In this document: in pieces, positions 42,021-51,455 of the stretch
Position numbering within the stretch: position 1 is the first letter of the stretch
Layout: each line of letters opens with the position of its first letter
Origin: Acidimicrobiia bacterium
Lineage (GTDB): Bacteria > Actinomycetota > Acidimicrobiia > Spongiisociales > ZC4RG35
Reading direction: 5' to 3'
Assembly: GCA_965216445.1 (NCBI GenBank)
Contig: OZ244166.1
Location: 658,688 to 722,687, forward strand
Length of the DNA stretch: 64,000 nucleotides
Position numbers and translations under genes: made by a program
The notes under the pieces: model-generated
Databases searched by the model: none
Told to the model about the DNA's origin: nothing
What the model saw: the letters and a program-made list of their open reading frames with translations, nothing else

Positions 42021-42166
42021 TCGCTGATACCTCCGCATCCCCAAATGGCTTGCACGCCCTGGTCCGAACCCTACTCATCCGGGGGTGGCCGATGTCTCGC
42101 CGATCGTCTTCCAAAGTGGGAAGGTTGACAGTCAGGTGTTGTGGACCCTCGTCATGCGATTGCCGA

Positions 42167-42652
42167 CTACAGGTATAGGCCCGAACTGCGTTCGTCTCCG
42201 TCACCTTCAGGTGGCGAAAGCGCCCTTCTTTGCATCTCAGCTAGTTGGCTCTGGGCTGCCATTTGTTGAGACCACAACGATGCCTGGATTCCGTGGAACA
42301 GTCCCTCGAGCCAGCCGATCAGTTGGGCTTGGGCCACTCTCAGCTCCGCTTCACTGACGCCGTCATCCCCCAAGGGGATCATGATCCCGTCGAACTCTTC
42401 CAACAGAGCCGGCGATAACACGTCCCGGAGTTCAGCGATGGTGCGGGCGTGTACTGCTGCGAGACGCTTTCTGCCGCTCTCGTCGAGCGCAGCTTCTCGG
42501 ACCTCCTCAAGCATGGCTCGGGTCATCGAAGCGATACGGATCAGCTTGGTCGGTTCCGAAACCGGCGCCTCTTCTTCGTTGACCTCGACTGCACCAGGCG
42601 TCGAGTCAACGGTGTCGGGAATGATCGAATCTGGTTTTACTGAGTCTTCCAT
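42167..42652 (-). CDS. bpa: bacterial proteasome activator Bpa/PafE
   Basis: KLIRIASMTRAMLEEVREA...LRVAQAQLIGWLEGLFHGIQASLWSQQMAA closely matches Rv3780; the C-terminal tail is GLYL rather than GQYL. Confidence 0.75.
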   Translation of the reverse strand: MEDSVKPDSIIPDTVDSTPGAVEVNEEEAPVSEPTKLIRIASMTRAMLEEVREAALDESGRKRLAAVHARTIAELRDVLSPALLEEFDGIMIPLGDDGVSEAELRVAQAQLIGWLEGLFHGIQASLWSQQMAAQSQLAEMQRRALSPPEGDGDERSSGLYL

Positions 42653-42692
42653 GCTCAGTTGAGCCTATCGGCGCTCGACGCGATTACAGAAG

Positions 42693-43001
42693 TCAGAGTC
42701 GGTCGATTGGGTTGACTGCGTGTTGGCCGTCCATTTTCGCGCCACAGTATTGGCAGTTGGGCAGACCGAAGGCGACCATCGAGTCGCACGACCGACACGG
42801 AGTGGCATTTGGTATCCCGTCGTTGGCTTCTTCGTGGCGCTGCTTTTCGATCTCCTCGATACGGTCCATCAGCTGATCGGCCGACAAACCGGTCTCTTCG
42901 AGGAGTGACCACATCGCGCGAAGTATGACTCCGAGGTTCTCAACCTTCTCGTTGACCTGTTCGACCCTCTCCGAGTGCCGACTGCTCTGAGAGACCTCCA
43001 T
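42693..43001 (-). CDS. coiled-coil protein with C-terminal zinc ribbon
   Basis: CRSCDSMVAFGLPNCQYCGAKMDG. The longer ORF start at 43124 has low GC3 and probably lies outside the real gene. Confidence 0.5.
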   Translation of the reverse strand: MEVSQSSRHSERVEQVNEKVENLGVILRAMWSLLEETGLSADQLMDRIEEIEKQRHEEANDGIPNATPCRSCDSMVAFGLPNCQYCGAKMDGQHAVNPIDRL

Positions 43002-43214
43002 CGACCGTGCCAGAGATGCAGGCTTCTCGTTGACCTGGACCCCTCCGAGGCCCTGTGAGAGCCCCCATGCCGAGTATCCTGTGATCGAGTATCCACAAAT
43101 TCGAGCATGTTCGATAATCGGCACGTTTTTGGAGCCGGTTTAGCGCCGGACGACTCCATTCCATCCCAGCGGTAGATAACGTACGATGACGTTGAGCAAC
43201 GATGAGGACGGACA

Positions 43215-43454
43215 ATGTCAGAGGATAGGAAGGGTGATCTCCCCCCGATCCTTGACGCGGCGCAAGTAGCGGACCTTTTGGGTATGAACGTTCAAATGGT
43301 GCGAAGGTACGCGAGGGAGGGGCGGCTACCCGCCTATAAGCTCCCCGGTGGCCGCACCTTCAAGTTCTTCAGAGAAGAGATATTTGAGTTTCTGAAGGCC
43401 CATCCGGTCACCGCGGAAAGCGATGACGTCAATGCTGGACGGCCGAAAAGATGA
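43215..43454 (+). CDS. excisionase/MerR-family HTH DNA-binding protein (BldC-like)
   Basis: 79 aa; LDAAQVADLLGMNVQMVRRYAREGRLPAYKLPGGRTFKFFREEI helix-turn-helix. Confidence 0.65.
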   Translation: MSEDRKGDLPPILDAAQVADLLGMNVQMVRRYAREGRLPAYKLPGGRTFKFFREEIFEFLKAHPVTAESDDVNAGRPKR

Positions 43455-43989
43455 CTGCCCGCAACATCTCCGTCGGGATGTAGGTCCCACGTCCGTCGGG
43501 ATCTTCGACTTTGATGTGGTCGGTGCTCACTGCCTTGATCACCCCGGACAGACCGAGCCCCCCACCCATTTCAATCCGGAGTCGCCTGGCATCGGCGACG
43601 TGCTCCTCGAGTCTCGCCCGGAACGTCATGTCTGTGCGCGTCGGCTCCGTCGGGGCCGCGTCGGTTGCGGCGAAGGTCCAGGTGGCCGAATCCAACCGAG
43701 TTTCGGTGTCCTGCTCGCCGAGCCGCAACGTCACGTAGTCGATCCCAATCGCAACGATCGTCCCGCTGAGCATCTTGCCTTCGTATTCGGCAGTTGCTCG
43801 CTGACCACGTTGGGCCGCATTGGCGGCGACATCAGCCAGACTCGACTGGCGCTCTCGTAATGCCTCGGTCAGTTGTTCGTCTTCCGCCGCTTCGGCATTC
43901 CACTCCGAACCGGGTCCCTGGCGAAGCTCGGATTCAAGGTTTTTGTCTTGCAGGTATTCGTTTTCCATCGGATTTCGCGCTCTCGACAT
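43429..43989 (-). CDS. hypothetical protein
   Basis: 186-aa ORF with high GC3 and no recognisable family; divergent from cpaB. Confidence 0.4.
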   Translation of the reverse strand: MSRARNPMENEYLQDKNLESELRQGPGSEWNAEAAEDEQLTEALRERQSSLADVAANAAQRGQRATAEYEGKMLSGTIVAIGIDYVTLRLGEQDTETRLDSATWTFAATDAAPTEPTRTDMTFRARLEEHVADARRLRIEMGGGLGLSGVIKAVSTDHIKVEDPDGRGTYIPTEMLRAVIFSAVQH

Positions 43990-44020
43990 CGCTTACAACC
44001 CATACGATAGGTTGACGGAA

Positions 44021-44704
44021 GTGAACGTGACACCCTTAGTGGCGACGAGGGAAGCGGGCACCTCACAATCGGGGCGGCGTAGATTCTTCCGCCTCCCGTC
44101 GGCTTCGCACGTTCTGATCGCTCTTGCTGTCGTTCTTGCATTCAGTTTCAACTTCCTCGCTCTTCAGGACCGCTCCGAGACATCTTTGGTGGCGGTAGCT
44201 CGGAACCCGCTACAGGCTGGTTCGACGGTTGGACCCGACGATGTTCGATTCGTCAGCATTGACGCAGACTTTGAAGGGCTGGCCGGATTGATCGGTGAGT
44301 CTGATTGGCCCGGGTTGGAAGGGGCCGTGCTGCAACGGTCCATAGACGCAGGCGGGGTGATCGATATCTCGTCTCTCGCTGCTCCTGCAGCTAGCAACGG
44401 GCTTCGCTCTATGAGCCTGCCGGTTGCAATTGAGCACGCCGCGGGGGGCTCGCTTGTTTCCGGAGACGTAGTCGATGTTATTTCGACCTCCCCTGGTGGG
44501 GCCGAATACATCGCCGTCGGACTCCCCGTCATCGGTGTAGCAGATAGAGACTCCGGTTCCCTCGGAGCCAGTGTCGGATACCACCTGATCTTGGCAGTGA
44601 CCGCAGATCAGGCGCTCGCTCTGGCTAGCGCAATCGACGGCGGATCCGTGGAAGTCGTACGTGCCACTGGTGCAGCCTCGGTGGAGGTAGGTGGCGATGG
44701 GTAA
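44021..44704 (+). CDS. cpaB: Flp pilus assembly protein CpaB/RcpC
   Basis: N-terminal TM helix (HVLIALAVVLAFSFNFLAL), SAF-like domain and RcpC-like C-terminus. GTG at 44021 was chosen; GTG at 44027 and TTG at 44012 are alternatives. Confidence 0.65.
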   Translation: MNVTPLVATREAGTSQSGRRRFFRLPSASHVLIALAVVLAFSFNFLALQDRSETSLVAVARNPLQAGSTVGPDDVRFVSIDADFEGLAGLIGESDWPGLEGAVLQRSIDAGGVIDISSLAAPAASNGLRSMSLPVAIEHAAGGSLVSGDVVDVISTSPGGAEYIAVGLPVIGVADRDSGSLGASVGYHLILAVTADQALALASAIDGGSVEVVRATGAASVEVGGDG

Positions 44705-45809
44705 ACCTTCGATTGGCTTGGCAGCTTCGGTCAGAGATTGGAGCGACCGTCTCCACCGCTTCATCCTCGATCATGGTGGGGCATCGGTAGCGGGCCGGGT
44801 GATGTCGACCGACCAAGCGGTCAACGGTGAATTCGAGGTGCTACTGATTGACGACATCTGCTCGTTTCTCACGCCGAGGCTGGTGTCGGATCTCAGGTCA
44901 AGGCTTGTGGCGGTCGTAGGGGTTTACTCACCGGACGACGGACCTGATGCGAAGCGGCGCCTCCTCGATGTCGGGATAACGGACGTAATCGAGTCCGACG
45001 CGGCTCCGGACGAATTTCTCGCGCTGGTTCGGTCAACTCTGCAACATCGGCCGTCAGGCACGGGTGACCAATCCGAGACCCGTTCGAATGGTCTCTGTGT
45101 CGGTGTGACCGGACCTCCAGGGGGAGTCGGTGTTACCGAGGTCGCCTGCGCTTTGGCTATTGATCTGGCCAAGGTGTCCTCGGCTATCCTCGTTGACTTG
45201 AATCAAGCCTGGCCCGGAGTGAGCCAGAGGCTGAGCCTGCCTTTGCATCCCAATCTGAGGTCGGCCGTTGACTTTGCCCTTCACGAGCCGGGCCGACTCC
45301 TCGAGGCCTGCCATAGCGTCGGCCCTCTGCTGGTGGTGGGTGGGCTTGCCAATCCGGAGGCAGGTCCCATTTCCGCGGCCAACACGGCTACTTTGGTTGG
45401 TGCCACCACGGAGAACGCAACACATGTTGTTCTGGACCTCGGACAGGCGTCCAATGACCAACCAGAGTTGTTAGTCCGCCGTTGCGATGCCGTTCTGGTG
45501 GTTGGGACCGCCGACCCGATGGGGTTGGTCCGGTTGCGTCGAAGCCTGGATTGGGTCCGGCAGGCACGGCCTGATTCTCAAGGAATCGGTGTGGTTGTGA
45601 ATCGCGCACCTGGGTCGTTCCAGCGCCGAATAGAAATCCGATCCCACGTCGAAGAACTGTTCGGGGTGGCTTCCGTGATGATGGTCCCCTTCGATAAGAG
45701 AATCGAACGGGCAGCTTGGGACGGTGACCCCGTACCCGACGGTCGTTTTAGCCGGTCGATCAGGCGACTCGCTGGGGTCTTCGCTAGTGGGAGCATCAAT
45801 GGCGCTTGA
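44697..45809 (+). CDS. tadZ: TadZ/CpaE-like pilus assembly protein (receiver-like N-domain + ParA/MinD-like domain with degenerate Walker A)
   Basis: CVGVTGPPGGVGVTEVACALAIDLA occupies the position where KGGVGKTT would be; it lies between cpaB and tadA. Confidence 0.7.
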   Translation: MGKPSIGLAASVRDWSDRLHRFILDHGGASVAGRVMSTDQAVNGEFEVLLIDDICSFLTPRLVSDLRSRLVAVVGVYSPDDGPDAKRRLLDVGITDVIESDAAPDEFLALVRSTLQHRPSGTGDQSETRSNGLCVGVTGPPGGVGVTEVACALAIDLAKVSSAILVDLNQAWPGVSQRLSLPLHPNLRSAVDFALHEPGRLLEACHSVGPLLVVGGLANPEAGPISAANTATLVGATTENATHVVLDLGQASNDQPELLVRRCDAVLVVGTADPMGLVRLRRSLDWVRQARPDSQGIGVVVNRAPGSFQRRIEIRSHVEELFGVASVMMVPFDKRIERAAWDGDPVPDGRFSRSIRRLAGVFASGSINGA

Positions 45810-47070
45810 TGCGTACGCCGCCATCCGCCAGGAAGCCCTCGACCGGATCGACCATGCGGGCATCGATGCTGGCACCGACACCCAAGCATTGCGCGATCTT
45901 GTTCGCGGCACGGTCGAGGAGTATCAGAGGAATGCCCATCTCGGAACAGGTCGCTCACTGGCCGACACGTCGGCAACCGTTGAGCGACTGATCCGTTCCG
46001 TAAGCGCGCATGGGCATCTTGGGGGGATTCTTGAGAGGCAGGACGTCGAGGAGATCTTCATCGAGGGAGACATGGTCACCTATCTCGACACCTCGGGTCA
46101 TCTGAACGCCCTGGAAACGCCAACCACGGAGGAGGAGAATCGTCAGATAGTGCAGCGGCTGGTTGGCGAGACCGATCGCCGGCTCGATATCTCGACGCCG
46201 ATTGTCCAGGCTCGAATACTTGACGGCACGGCGCGGCTTACCGCGGTTGTTCCGCCTGTTTCTGACCACCTCTCGGCGACGATTCGTCGCTATGCACTGA
46301 GAAGACAGTCCTTGGATGCCCTGGTCGAATTGGGCTCGCTCAACCGCCCTGCCGCCAACTTCCTCACCTTGGCGATGCGGGCATCCGCCTCAACCATCGT
46401 TTCGGGACCGCCGGGTTCCGGAAAGACCTCCTTCCTATCGGCTCTCCTCTCGAGCGTGCCAGCCGGACGGTGCATTCGCTGCGTCGAGGAAGTTCGTGAG
46501 CTTCACGTTCCACTGGTACATGGCTCTTACTACGAGGCGAGGCCACCACTGATGGATGGGACGGGGGAGATTTCGCTTCGTGATCTGGTCAAGATGACCC
46601 TGGCGATGCGGCCCGATCTGATCGTTGTCGGAGAGGTACGTGGTGCAGAGGCGTTCGAGCTAACTCGAGCAGCAAACGCCGGGTGCGGGATGACTGCAAC
46701 CATTCACGCGAACTCAGCGACCGATGCTTTGAGCGCGTTGGTCAATGCCGCGCTGATGGCTGGTGAGAATGTGCCTGATCATGTCGTTCGTGGAGTCTTC
46801 TCAACCTCCATCGACCTTGTCGTCCACCTGGACCGGACTACTGACCCTGAAGGTCGGGTCATCCGGGAGACCATGGAAATCCGTTCCCTTGTTCCGGCGC
46901 TTCATAGTGACTTCTCTACCCAGCCCATCTTCGAGAGGAAAAGAATGGGGATGCCGCTGGTGTGGACCGGTGCGTTGCCGTCAGATCACCTAGTGGATCG
47001 GATAGAAGAGGGACTCCCCACGGGCGTGACCCTCGCCGGTGTCTTGCAAGGTCAGGAGGTAGTGCTTTGA
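45799..47070 (+). CDS. tadA: Tad secretion ATPase CpaF/TadA
   Basis: Walker A SGPPGSGKTS, and VGEVRG plus TIHANSA motifs of CpaF/VirB11-type ATPases. The ATG at 45799 overlaps the tadZ stop. Confidence 0.85.
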   Translation: MALDAYAAIRQEALDRIDHAGIDAGTDTQALRDLVRGTVEEYQRNAHLGTGRSLADTSATVERLIRSVSAHGHLGGILERQDVEEIFIEGDMVTYLDTSGHLNALETPTTEEENRQIVQRLVGETDRRLDISTPIVQARILDGTARLTAVVPPVSDHLSATIRRYALRRQSLDALVELGSLNRPAANFLTLAMRASASTIVSGPPGSGKTSFLSALLSSVPAGRCIRCVEEVRELHVPLVHGSYYEARPPLMDGTGEISLRDLVKMTLAMRPDLIVVGEVRGAEAFELTRAANAGCGMTATIHANSATDALSALVNAALMAGENVPDHVVRGVFSTSIDLVVHLDRTTDPEGRVIRETMEIRSLVPALHSDFSTQPIFERKRMGMPLVWTGALPSDHLVDRIEEGLPTGVTLAGVLQGQEVVL

Positions 47071-47912
47071 CGGTCCTCGCAGCGGCAATGAGTGCGTTCG
47101 CACTGGGGTTGGTCCTGAGAGCAGTGTCCGAGCGAACTCGGCCAAAACTTCCTGGCCGGAGAACCACTGAGGTCACCGGACTCGACGTCACTTGGACTCA
47201 GTTCTGGCTTACCTCAATCGGAGCTGGCTTAGTGACATTTCTTCTGGTCCTTGGCCTCACCGGATTGGCCGTCGTGGCTCTGATCCCGGCTGTGGTCGTT
47301 GCGGCCTTGCCTCGGTCGTTCTTTGTACGTAAGCGAGCGCGCCGAATCGCGGCCGTGCAAGCGGCCTGGCCCGACGGGTTGCGGGACCTCGTTGGCTCGG
47401 TCAAAGCGGGATTGTCTCTCCCTTCGGCTCTTGAAAGTCTTGGTCGCTACGGACCAGAGCCCCTTCGGGACGCGTTCGGGAGCTTCGACGTCTACTCAAG
47501 AAGTCTGGGAGTAGTCGCGGCTCTGGAGATGGTACGAAGTGACCTTGCCGATCCAACCTCGGACCGTGTGATCGAGGTCCTCATACTGGCCCATGAGCGA
47601 GGGGGAAAGGTGGTTCCCGAGATACTGTCCGACCTCGCCGAAGCTGCGACCCGTGATGTGTGGACCCTCGAGCAGGTTCGCAGTGAGGCCCTCGAACAGA
47701 CGATCAACTCGAGGATCGTTTTTGTCTTGCCCTGGTTCGTCCTTGTCGCGATCACATTTCGCGATGGTGCCTTTCGCGAGTTCTACGCAACCAGGACGGG
47801 CCTGGTCGTCGTTCTCATCGGCGGTTTGATGAGTCTGGTCGGCATCGCGTTGGCCTCGCGTATCGGCTCCCAACCAACTGAGCCGAGGGTGTTCATCGGA
47901 GCAAAGCCGTGA
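47067..47912 (+). CDS. tadB: Flp pilus assembly inner-membrane protein TadB (T2SS F domain)
   Basis: TTG at 47067 overlaps the tadA stop (an alternative ATG lies at 47088); T2SSF-like polytopic protein. Confidence 0.75.
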   Translation: MTVLAAAMSAFALGLVLRAVSERTRPKLPGRRTTEVTGLDVTWTQFWLTSIGAGLVTFLLVLGLTGLAVVALIPAVVVAALPRSFFVRKRARRIAAVQAAWPDGLRDLVGSVKAGLSLPSALESLGRYGPEPLRDAFGSFDVYSRSLGVVAALEMVRSDLADPTSDRVIEVLILAHERGGKVVPEILSDLAEAATRDVWTLEQVRSEALEQTINSRIVFVLPWFVLVAITFRDGAFREFYATRTGLVVVLIGGLMSLVGIALASRIGSQPTEPRVFIGAKP

Positions 47913-48835
47913 TTGCTGTTGACTCAATGGTGGTGGGGGCGTGTGTGGCAAGTGCTGTGGTTTCAGGACTGGTTATCCGAATGCTGATTCCGCCACGGGC
48001 GGACTTGTCGAGTCGGACAACCCCTTACATGAACCCAACCGTGAGCAGCCGTGAGAGGGCTACGGCGGGCGTATTGGGTCAGGTGCTGGGTCCGATTCTC
48101 CAATCTGTAGCGGACGGCCTGAACCAGCTTGTCGAGCAATTGGGTTCGCGTGTGACTTCTCTCAGGGTCCGACAAGCTGGTTGGTTCCAGGACGCCTCGG
48201 ACGTCGACCTGTTGTCTGCCTATCGCGTTGCTCAGCTCAGAAGCACCCTCGTCGGAGCCGTGGTCGGCTTCGGCGTTTCCCGACTTCTGGGGCTCCGTTT
48301 CGCGCCTTCCTTGCTCCTTACTCTGCTTGGGTTGACGATCGGGTTGACCCGACAGGCCGGATCGGTCGAGAAAGCCATAGAAGCTCGGCGGGAGCTGATG
48401 CGAGTTGAGATCTACACGGTCAACCAATTGCTCGCGATGCGGGTTCGAGCCGGCGGTGGAGTGGTGCAGGCTGTTCGGGCAACTGTAGAGAGGGGACAGG
48501 GTGAAGTTATCGGAGAGTTGGCGGTAGCGCTGAGGCTTCACCGGGCAGGATGGCGAGCCAGTGATGCTTTTCGCAGGATTGCGGAGTTGACGCCCGAACC
48601 CTATTGCTCACGGACATACCGCTTGCTGGCAGCAGCGGAGGAAAGAGGCTCCGACCTCGCATCGGCACTGTTAGCCCTCTCCGAAGACGTTCGGGAAACC
48701 CGGCGAGAAATGATCAAACGATCTGCGACCAAAAGGAGGGCGGCGATGTTGGTTCCCACGATCGCTGTGCTGGCTCCGGTTTTGATTCTCTTCGTTGCGG
48801 CTCCACTTCCATTCCTAATCACGGGCTGGCGATGA
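47909..48835 (+). CDS. tadC: Flp pilus assembly inner-membrane protein TadC (T2SS F domain)
   Basis: GTGA overlap with tadB; T2SSF-like. Confidence 0.75.
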   Translation: MIAVDSMVVGACVASAVVSGLVIRMLIPPRADLSSRTTPYMNPTVSSRERATAGVLGQVLGPILQSVADGLNQLVEQLGSRVTSLRVRQAGWFQDASDVDLLSAYRVAQLRSTLVGAVVGFGVSRLLGLRFAPSLLLTLLGLTIGLTRQAGSVEKAIEARRELMRVEIYTVNQLLAMRVRAGGGVVQAVRATVERGQGEVIGELAVALRLHRAGWRASDAFRRIAELTPEPYCSRTYRLLAAAEERGSDLASALLALSEDVRETRREMIKRSATKRRAAMLVPTIAVLAPVLILFVAAPLPFLITGWR

Positions 48836-48846
48836 AAGGAGAAAAA

Positions 48847-49026
48847 ATGCCTGCTGTCCGTACTCTGATGAATCAGCTGAGAACCGATGATCGGGGGCTG
48901 AACACCGCTGAGCTGATGGGCAATGCCGCCCTGGCGATTGCAGCCCTGGTTGTGATCTGGGGTGCACTGCAAGTACTGGGGGTCGATATCGTCGATTGGA
49001 TAAGAGAGTCTCTGCTGGGCAGCTGA
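48847..49026 (+). CDS. flp: Flp/Fap-family prepilin (59 aa)
   Basis: AAAGGAG ribosome-binding site 6 nt upstream. Sequence MPAVRTLMNQLRTDDRG/LNTAELMGNAALAIAALVVIWGALQVLG has a G/XXXXE(Y) processing site and a hydrophobic core. It sits directly after tadC. The ORF track shows it only as the tail of a longer unrelated-frame ORF. Confidence 0.7.
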   Translation: MPAVRTLMNQLRTDDRGLNTAELMGNAALAIAALVVIWGALQVLGVDIVDWIRESLLGS

Positions 49027-49040
49027 CCCTTGTTCCCTCG

Positions 49041-49427
49041 GTGAGTGGCAAGCCTCCCTCGAGCGAAGCCGGCTTCACCTCGGTCCAATTCCTGCTGGGA
49101 TCGGCGATTGCTTTGGTCTTCTTTCTGGCGCTCGCCAATCTCGTGGTAGTCCAGTTCGCCGCCGGGGCGCTGCGATCGGCACTGGACCAGGGTGTGCGAG
49201 CGGGTTCGATCGCGCGGTCCGCAAGTGTGTGCGAATTGAGAGTCAGCGAGGTTCTCGAAGACCTCCTCAGTGGCACGATCGGCGAGACGACAGACATCAA
49301 GTGTGAGATCGACGGCCTTTTCGTCGCTGCGGAGGGCTCGCTTGTCGTCGAGTCGTGGACGATCTTCACCGGTGACTACTCCGTGTCACTGACTGCGGAG
49401 GCATCTTTGGAAAACGATGCTGGCTGA
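49041..49427 (+). CDS. TadE-like protein
   Basis: EAGFTSVQFLLGSAIALVFFLALANLVVVQ motif; GTG start. Confidence 0.65.
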   Translation: MSGKPPSSEAGFTSVQFLLGSAIALVFFLALANLVVVQFAAGALRSALDQGVRAGSIARSASVCELRVSEVLEDLLSGTIGETTDIKCEIDGLFVAAEGSLVVESWTIFTGDYSVSLTAEASLENDAG

Positions 49428-49842
49428 CAAGGGACACGCAGCGATTGAATTGGCCCTCGCGGTAGGGCTCCTCTTGATCCCCGGTGCCCTGGTCGTGCTG
49501 GGCTTTGGACCATGGGCGGAGAGCGCAGTTTTTGCCGAGGCGGCAGCAGCCGAGTCGGCCCGCACGGCAGCAATACACCTGGACGTCACTGACGGGAACG
49601 CGTTGGTCGACGAGATGGCCACGAACTACGGACTCACACCCGACGAATACCGGGTGGGTTGGTGTGGCGCCACCCCGGAAGCTTCTGGCAATGGAGATTG
49701 TCTGTTCGGTCGGGGTGACGTCGTGTCCGTCGTCGTTGAGGTCTGGGTGCCTCTCGTCAACACCCCTTGGGGGACCATTGGCGGCATTTGGATCGGTCGG
49801 AGCCATAACGAGGTGATCGACTTGTACCGGAGCCTTGGATGA
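49417..49842 (+). CDS. TadE-like protein
   Basis: GHAAIELALAVGLLLIPGALVVLG motif. Confidence 0.65.
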   Translation: MLADKGHAAIELALAVGLLLIPGALVVLGFGPWAESAVFAEAAAAESARTAAIHLDVTDGNALVDEMATNYGLTPDEYRVGWCGATPEASGNGDCLFGRGDVVSVVVEVWVPLVNTPWGTIGGIWIGRSHNEVIDLYRSLG

Positions 49843-50261
49843 ACGATCGCGATTTGGAACGTGGTTCTGTGACCTTCTGGGTACTCGGATTGACCATTCT
49901 GCTGCTGGCATTTGGTGGACTGGCACTCGACTTCTGGAGGGCGCTGGCTGTGCAACGAGAAGTAGCCGCGGTCGCCGATGCCGGCGTGGCCGCGGCGGCT
50001 TCCGGTATCGACGAGCTCCACTACCGCTCCACAGGAGAGATCCGCCTGTCTGGGGACAGAGCCGTCTCTCTGGGTGCAGCATCCATCGATGGCCAAGGTG
50101 CTGACGTCACCTCTTACGTGTTCACCGTCGCAGCCGACGGTTCGAGGGTTGATGTGGTTGTCACTGCCGAGATTGAGAGTGGTTTTGTTGCGTTCTTCGC
50201 AGACGACGGTCGCCTGGAGATCCGGGCCTCATCGTCGGCTGAGCCGAGGCTGATTCCGTAG
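49839..50261 (+). CDS. TadG N-domain-like protein (Tad_N only)
   Basis: GSVTFWVLGLTILLLAFGGLALDFWRALAVQREVAAVADAGVAAAASG. Confidence 0.6.
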   Translation: MNDRDLERGSVTFWVLGLTILLLAFGGLALDFWRALAVQREVAAVADAGVAAAASGIDELHYRSTGEIRLSGDRAVSLGAASIDGQGADVTSYVFTVAADGSRVDVVVTAEIESGFVAFFADDGRLEIRASSSAEPRLIP

Positions 50262-50321
50262 CCACCACCTTGGGCGGTTGGCGAATCCGTAGGGCGCGAG
50301 CTGGCGTAGGCTTGAGAGGGA

Positions 50322-51167
50322 ATGGCTCGACTCCCCAACCTGTACATCGTCGGAGCCCCCCGATCGGGTACAACGTCCCTGGCCCGGTGGCTCGGGTATC
50401 ACCCTGAGATCTCGATGAGCCGTCCCAAAGAACCGGCTTACCACAACGTCGATCTGGTCATGGCCACACCACGCACCACGGATCGCCAGGCCTATCTCGG
50501 TTTGTGGAGCGACCAGAATGCAACCTTCCTCGTCGAGGCCACAACCTGGTACCTCTACTCAGAGACTGCTGCCAAGTCGATACGTCAGATGAATCCCGCT
50601 TCGAAGATCGTGATCTTGCTTCGCGACCCGGTGGAGATGCTGGCATCGCTACACAACCACCACGTCTTTCTGGGTCTCGAGAGAGAGAAGGATTTCGAAA
50701 CTGCAGTATTCGGTAGGCGACAACCGCACCATCGGGACTTCCGGTATTCCCTGGATTACTTGGACGTGGGCCGAAGGGCTCCACAAATTGCGAGGTATCT
50801 AGACCTGTTTGGTACAGATAGCGTTCACTTCGTCGAGTTCTCTGGGTTGGCCAGCCATCCCAGAGCGACGCATGTCGGTCTACTGGAGAATTTGGGATTG
50901 AGTCCCGTGCCGTTGGACTTCTACAAACGCCTCAATCCGGCACGTCATCACCGGAGCGGAACCTTTCGTCGAACGGTCGACCGTTTGTCAGCCATACCGC
51001 TACCCCAGTACTTCTGGAATCGAGTTCGCCGTCTCAATGTTGCCCGTGGGCGGGGTCGGCCATCGCCCGAGCTGCGTCGACGACTCATCGACACTTTCGA
51101 GGATGATGTCGTGGAGATCGAGCAGCTGGTGGGGAAGTCGTTTCCGGAGTGGCGCGAGGTTCGCTAG
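50322..51167 (+). CDS. sulfotransferase family protein
   Basis: 5'-PSB loop GAPRSGTTSL and 3'-PB region ILLRDPVE. Confidence 0.65.
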   Translation: MARLPNLYIVGAPRSGTTSLARWLGYHPEISMSRPKEPAYHNVDLVMATPRTTDRQAYLGLWSDQNATFLVEATTWYLYSETAAKSIRQMNPASKIVILLRDPVEMLASLHNHHVFLGLEREKDFETAVFGRRQPHHRDFRYSLDYLDVGRRAPQIARYLDLFGTDSVHFVEFSGLASHPRATHVGLLENLGLSPVPLDFYKRLNPARHHRSGTFRRTVDRLSAIPLPQYFWNRVRRLNVARGRGRPSPELRRRLIDTFEDDVVEIEQLVGKSFPEWREVR

Positions 51168-51278
51168 CCACCGAGGCCAGTTACCCGCTAGAGAAGACCG
51201 GAGGCAGAGAATTCTCAGAGTGGGCGACCTTCAGTTATTCTTGTCTTCTCCCCGCAGGCCCGATAGGTGTCTGCATGT

Positions 51279-51350
51279 TCGGGGGTGGTGTAATTGGTAA
51301 CACAGCAGGTTCTGGTCCTGTCGTTGAGGGTTCAAGTCCTTCCCCCCGAG
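51279..51350 (+). tRNA. tRNA-Gln (anticodon CTG)
   Basis: Cloverleaf folded by hand: 7-bp acceptor stem tcggggg/cccccga, D arm gtgt/acac, anticodon stem gcagg/cctgt with loop ttCTGgt, T arm gaggg-ttcaagt-ccttc. CCA is not encoded. Coordinates are anchored to ORF-track arithmetic. Confidence 0.8.
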
Positions 51351-51382
51351 CGAGACAAGAAGTAGCTTCTTGTCGTCAATAC

Positions 51383-51455
51383 GGTCCCGTCGTCCAGCGG
51401 CCTAGGACGCCGGCCTCTCAAGCCGGAAACGCCAGTTCAAATCTGGTCGGGACTG
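51383..51455 (+). tRNA. tRNA-Glu (anticodon CTC)
   Basis: Acceptor stem ggtcccg/cgggact (G1-U72 wobble), D arm gtcc/ggac, anticodon stem ccggc/gccgg with loop ctCTCaa, T arm gccag-ttcaaat-ctggt. Confidence 0.75.

Noticed and set aside
43215-43989. Remnant of an integrated mobile element, suggested by the excisionase-type HTH gene
   Set aside because: No integrase, transposase, tRNA-adjacent att-like repeats or GC shift; small excisionase/MerR-family proteins (BldC-like) are common stand-alone regulators in Actinobacteria
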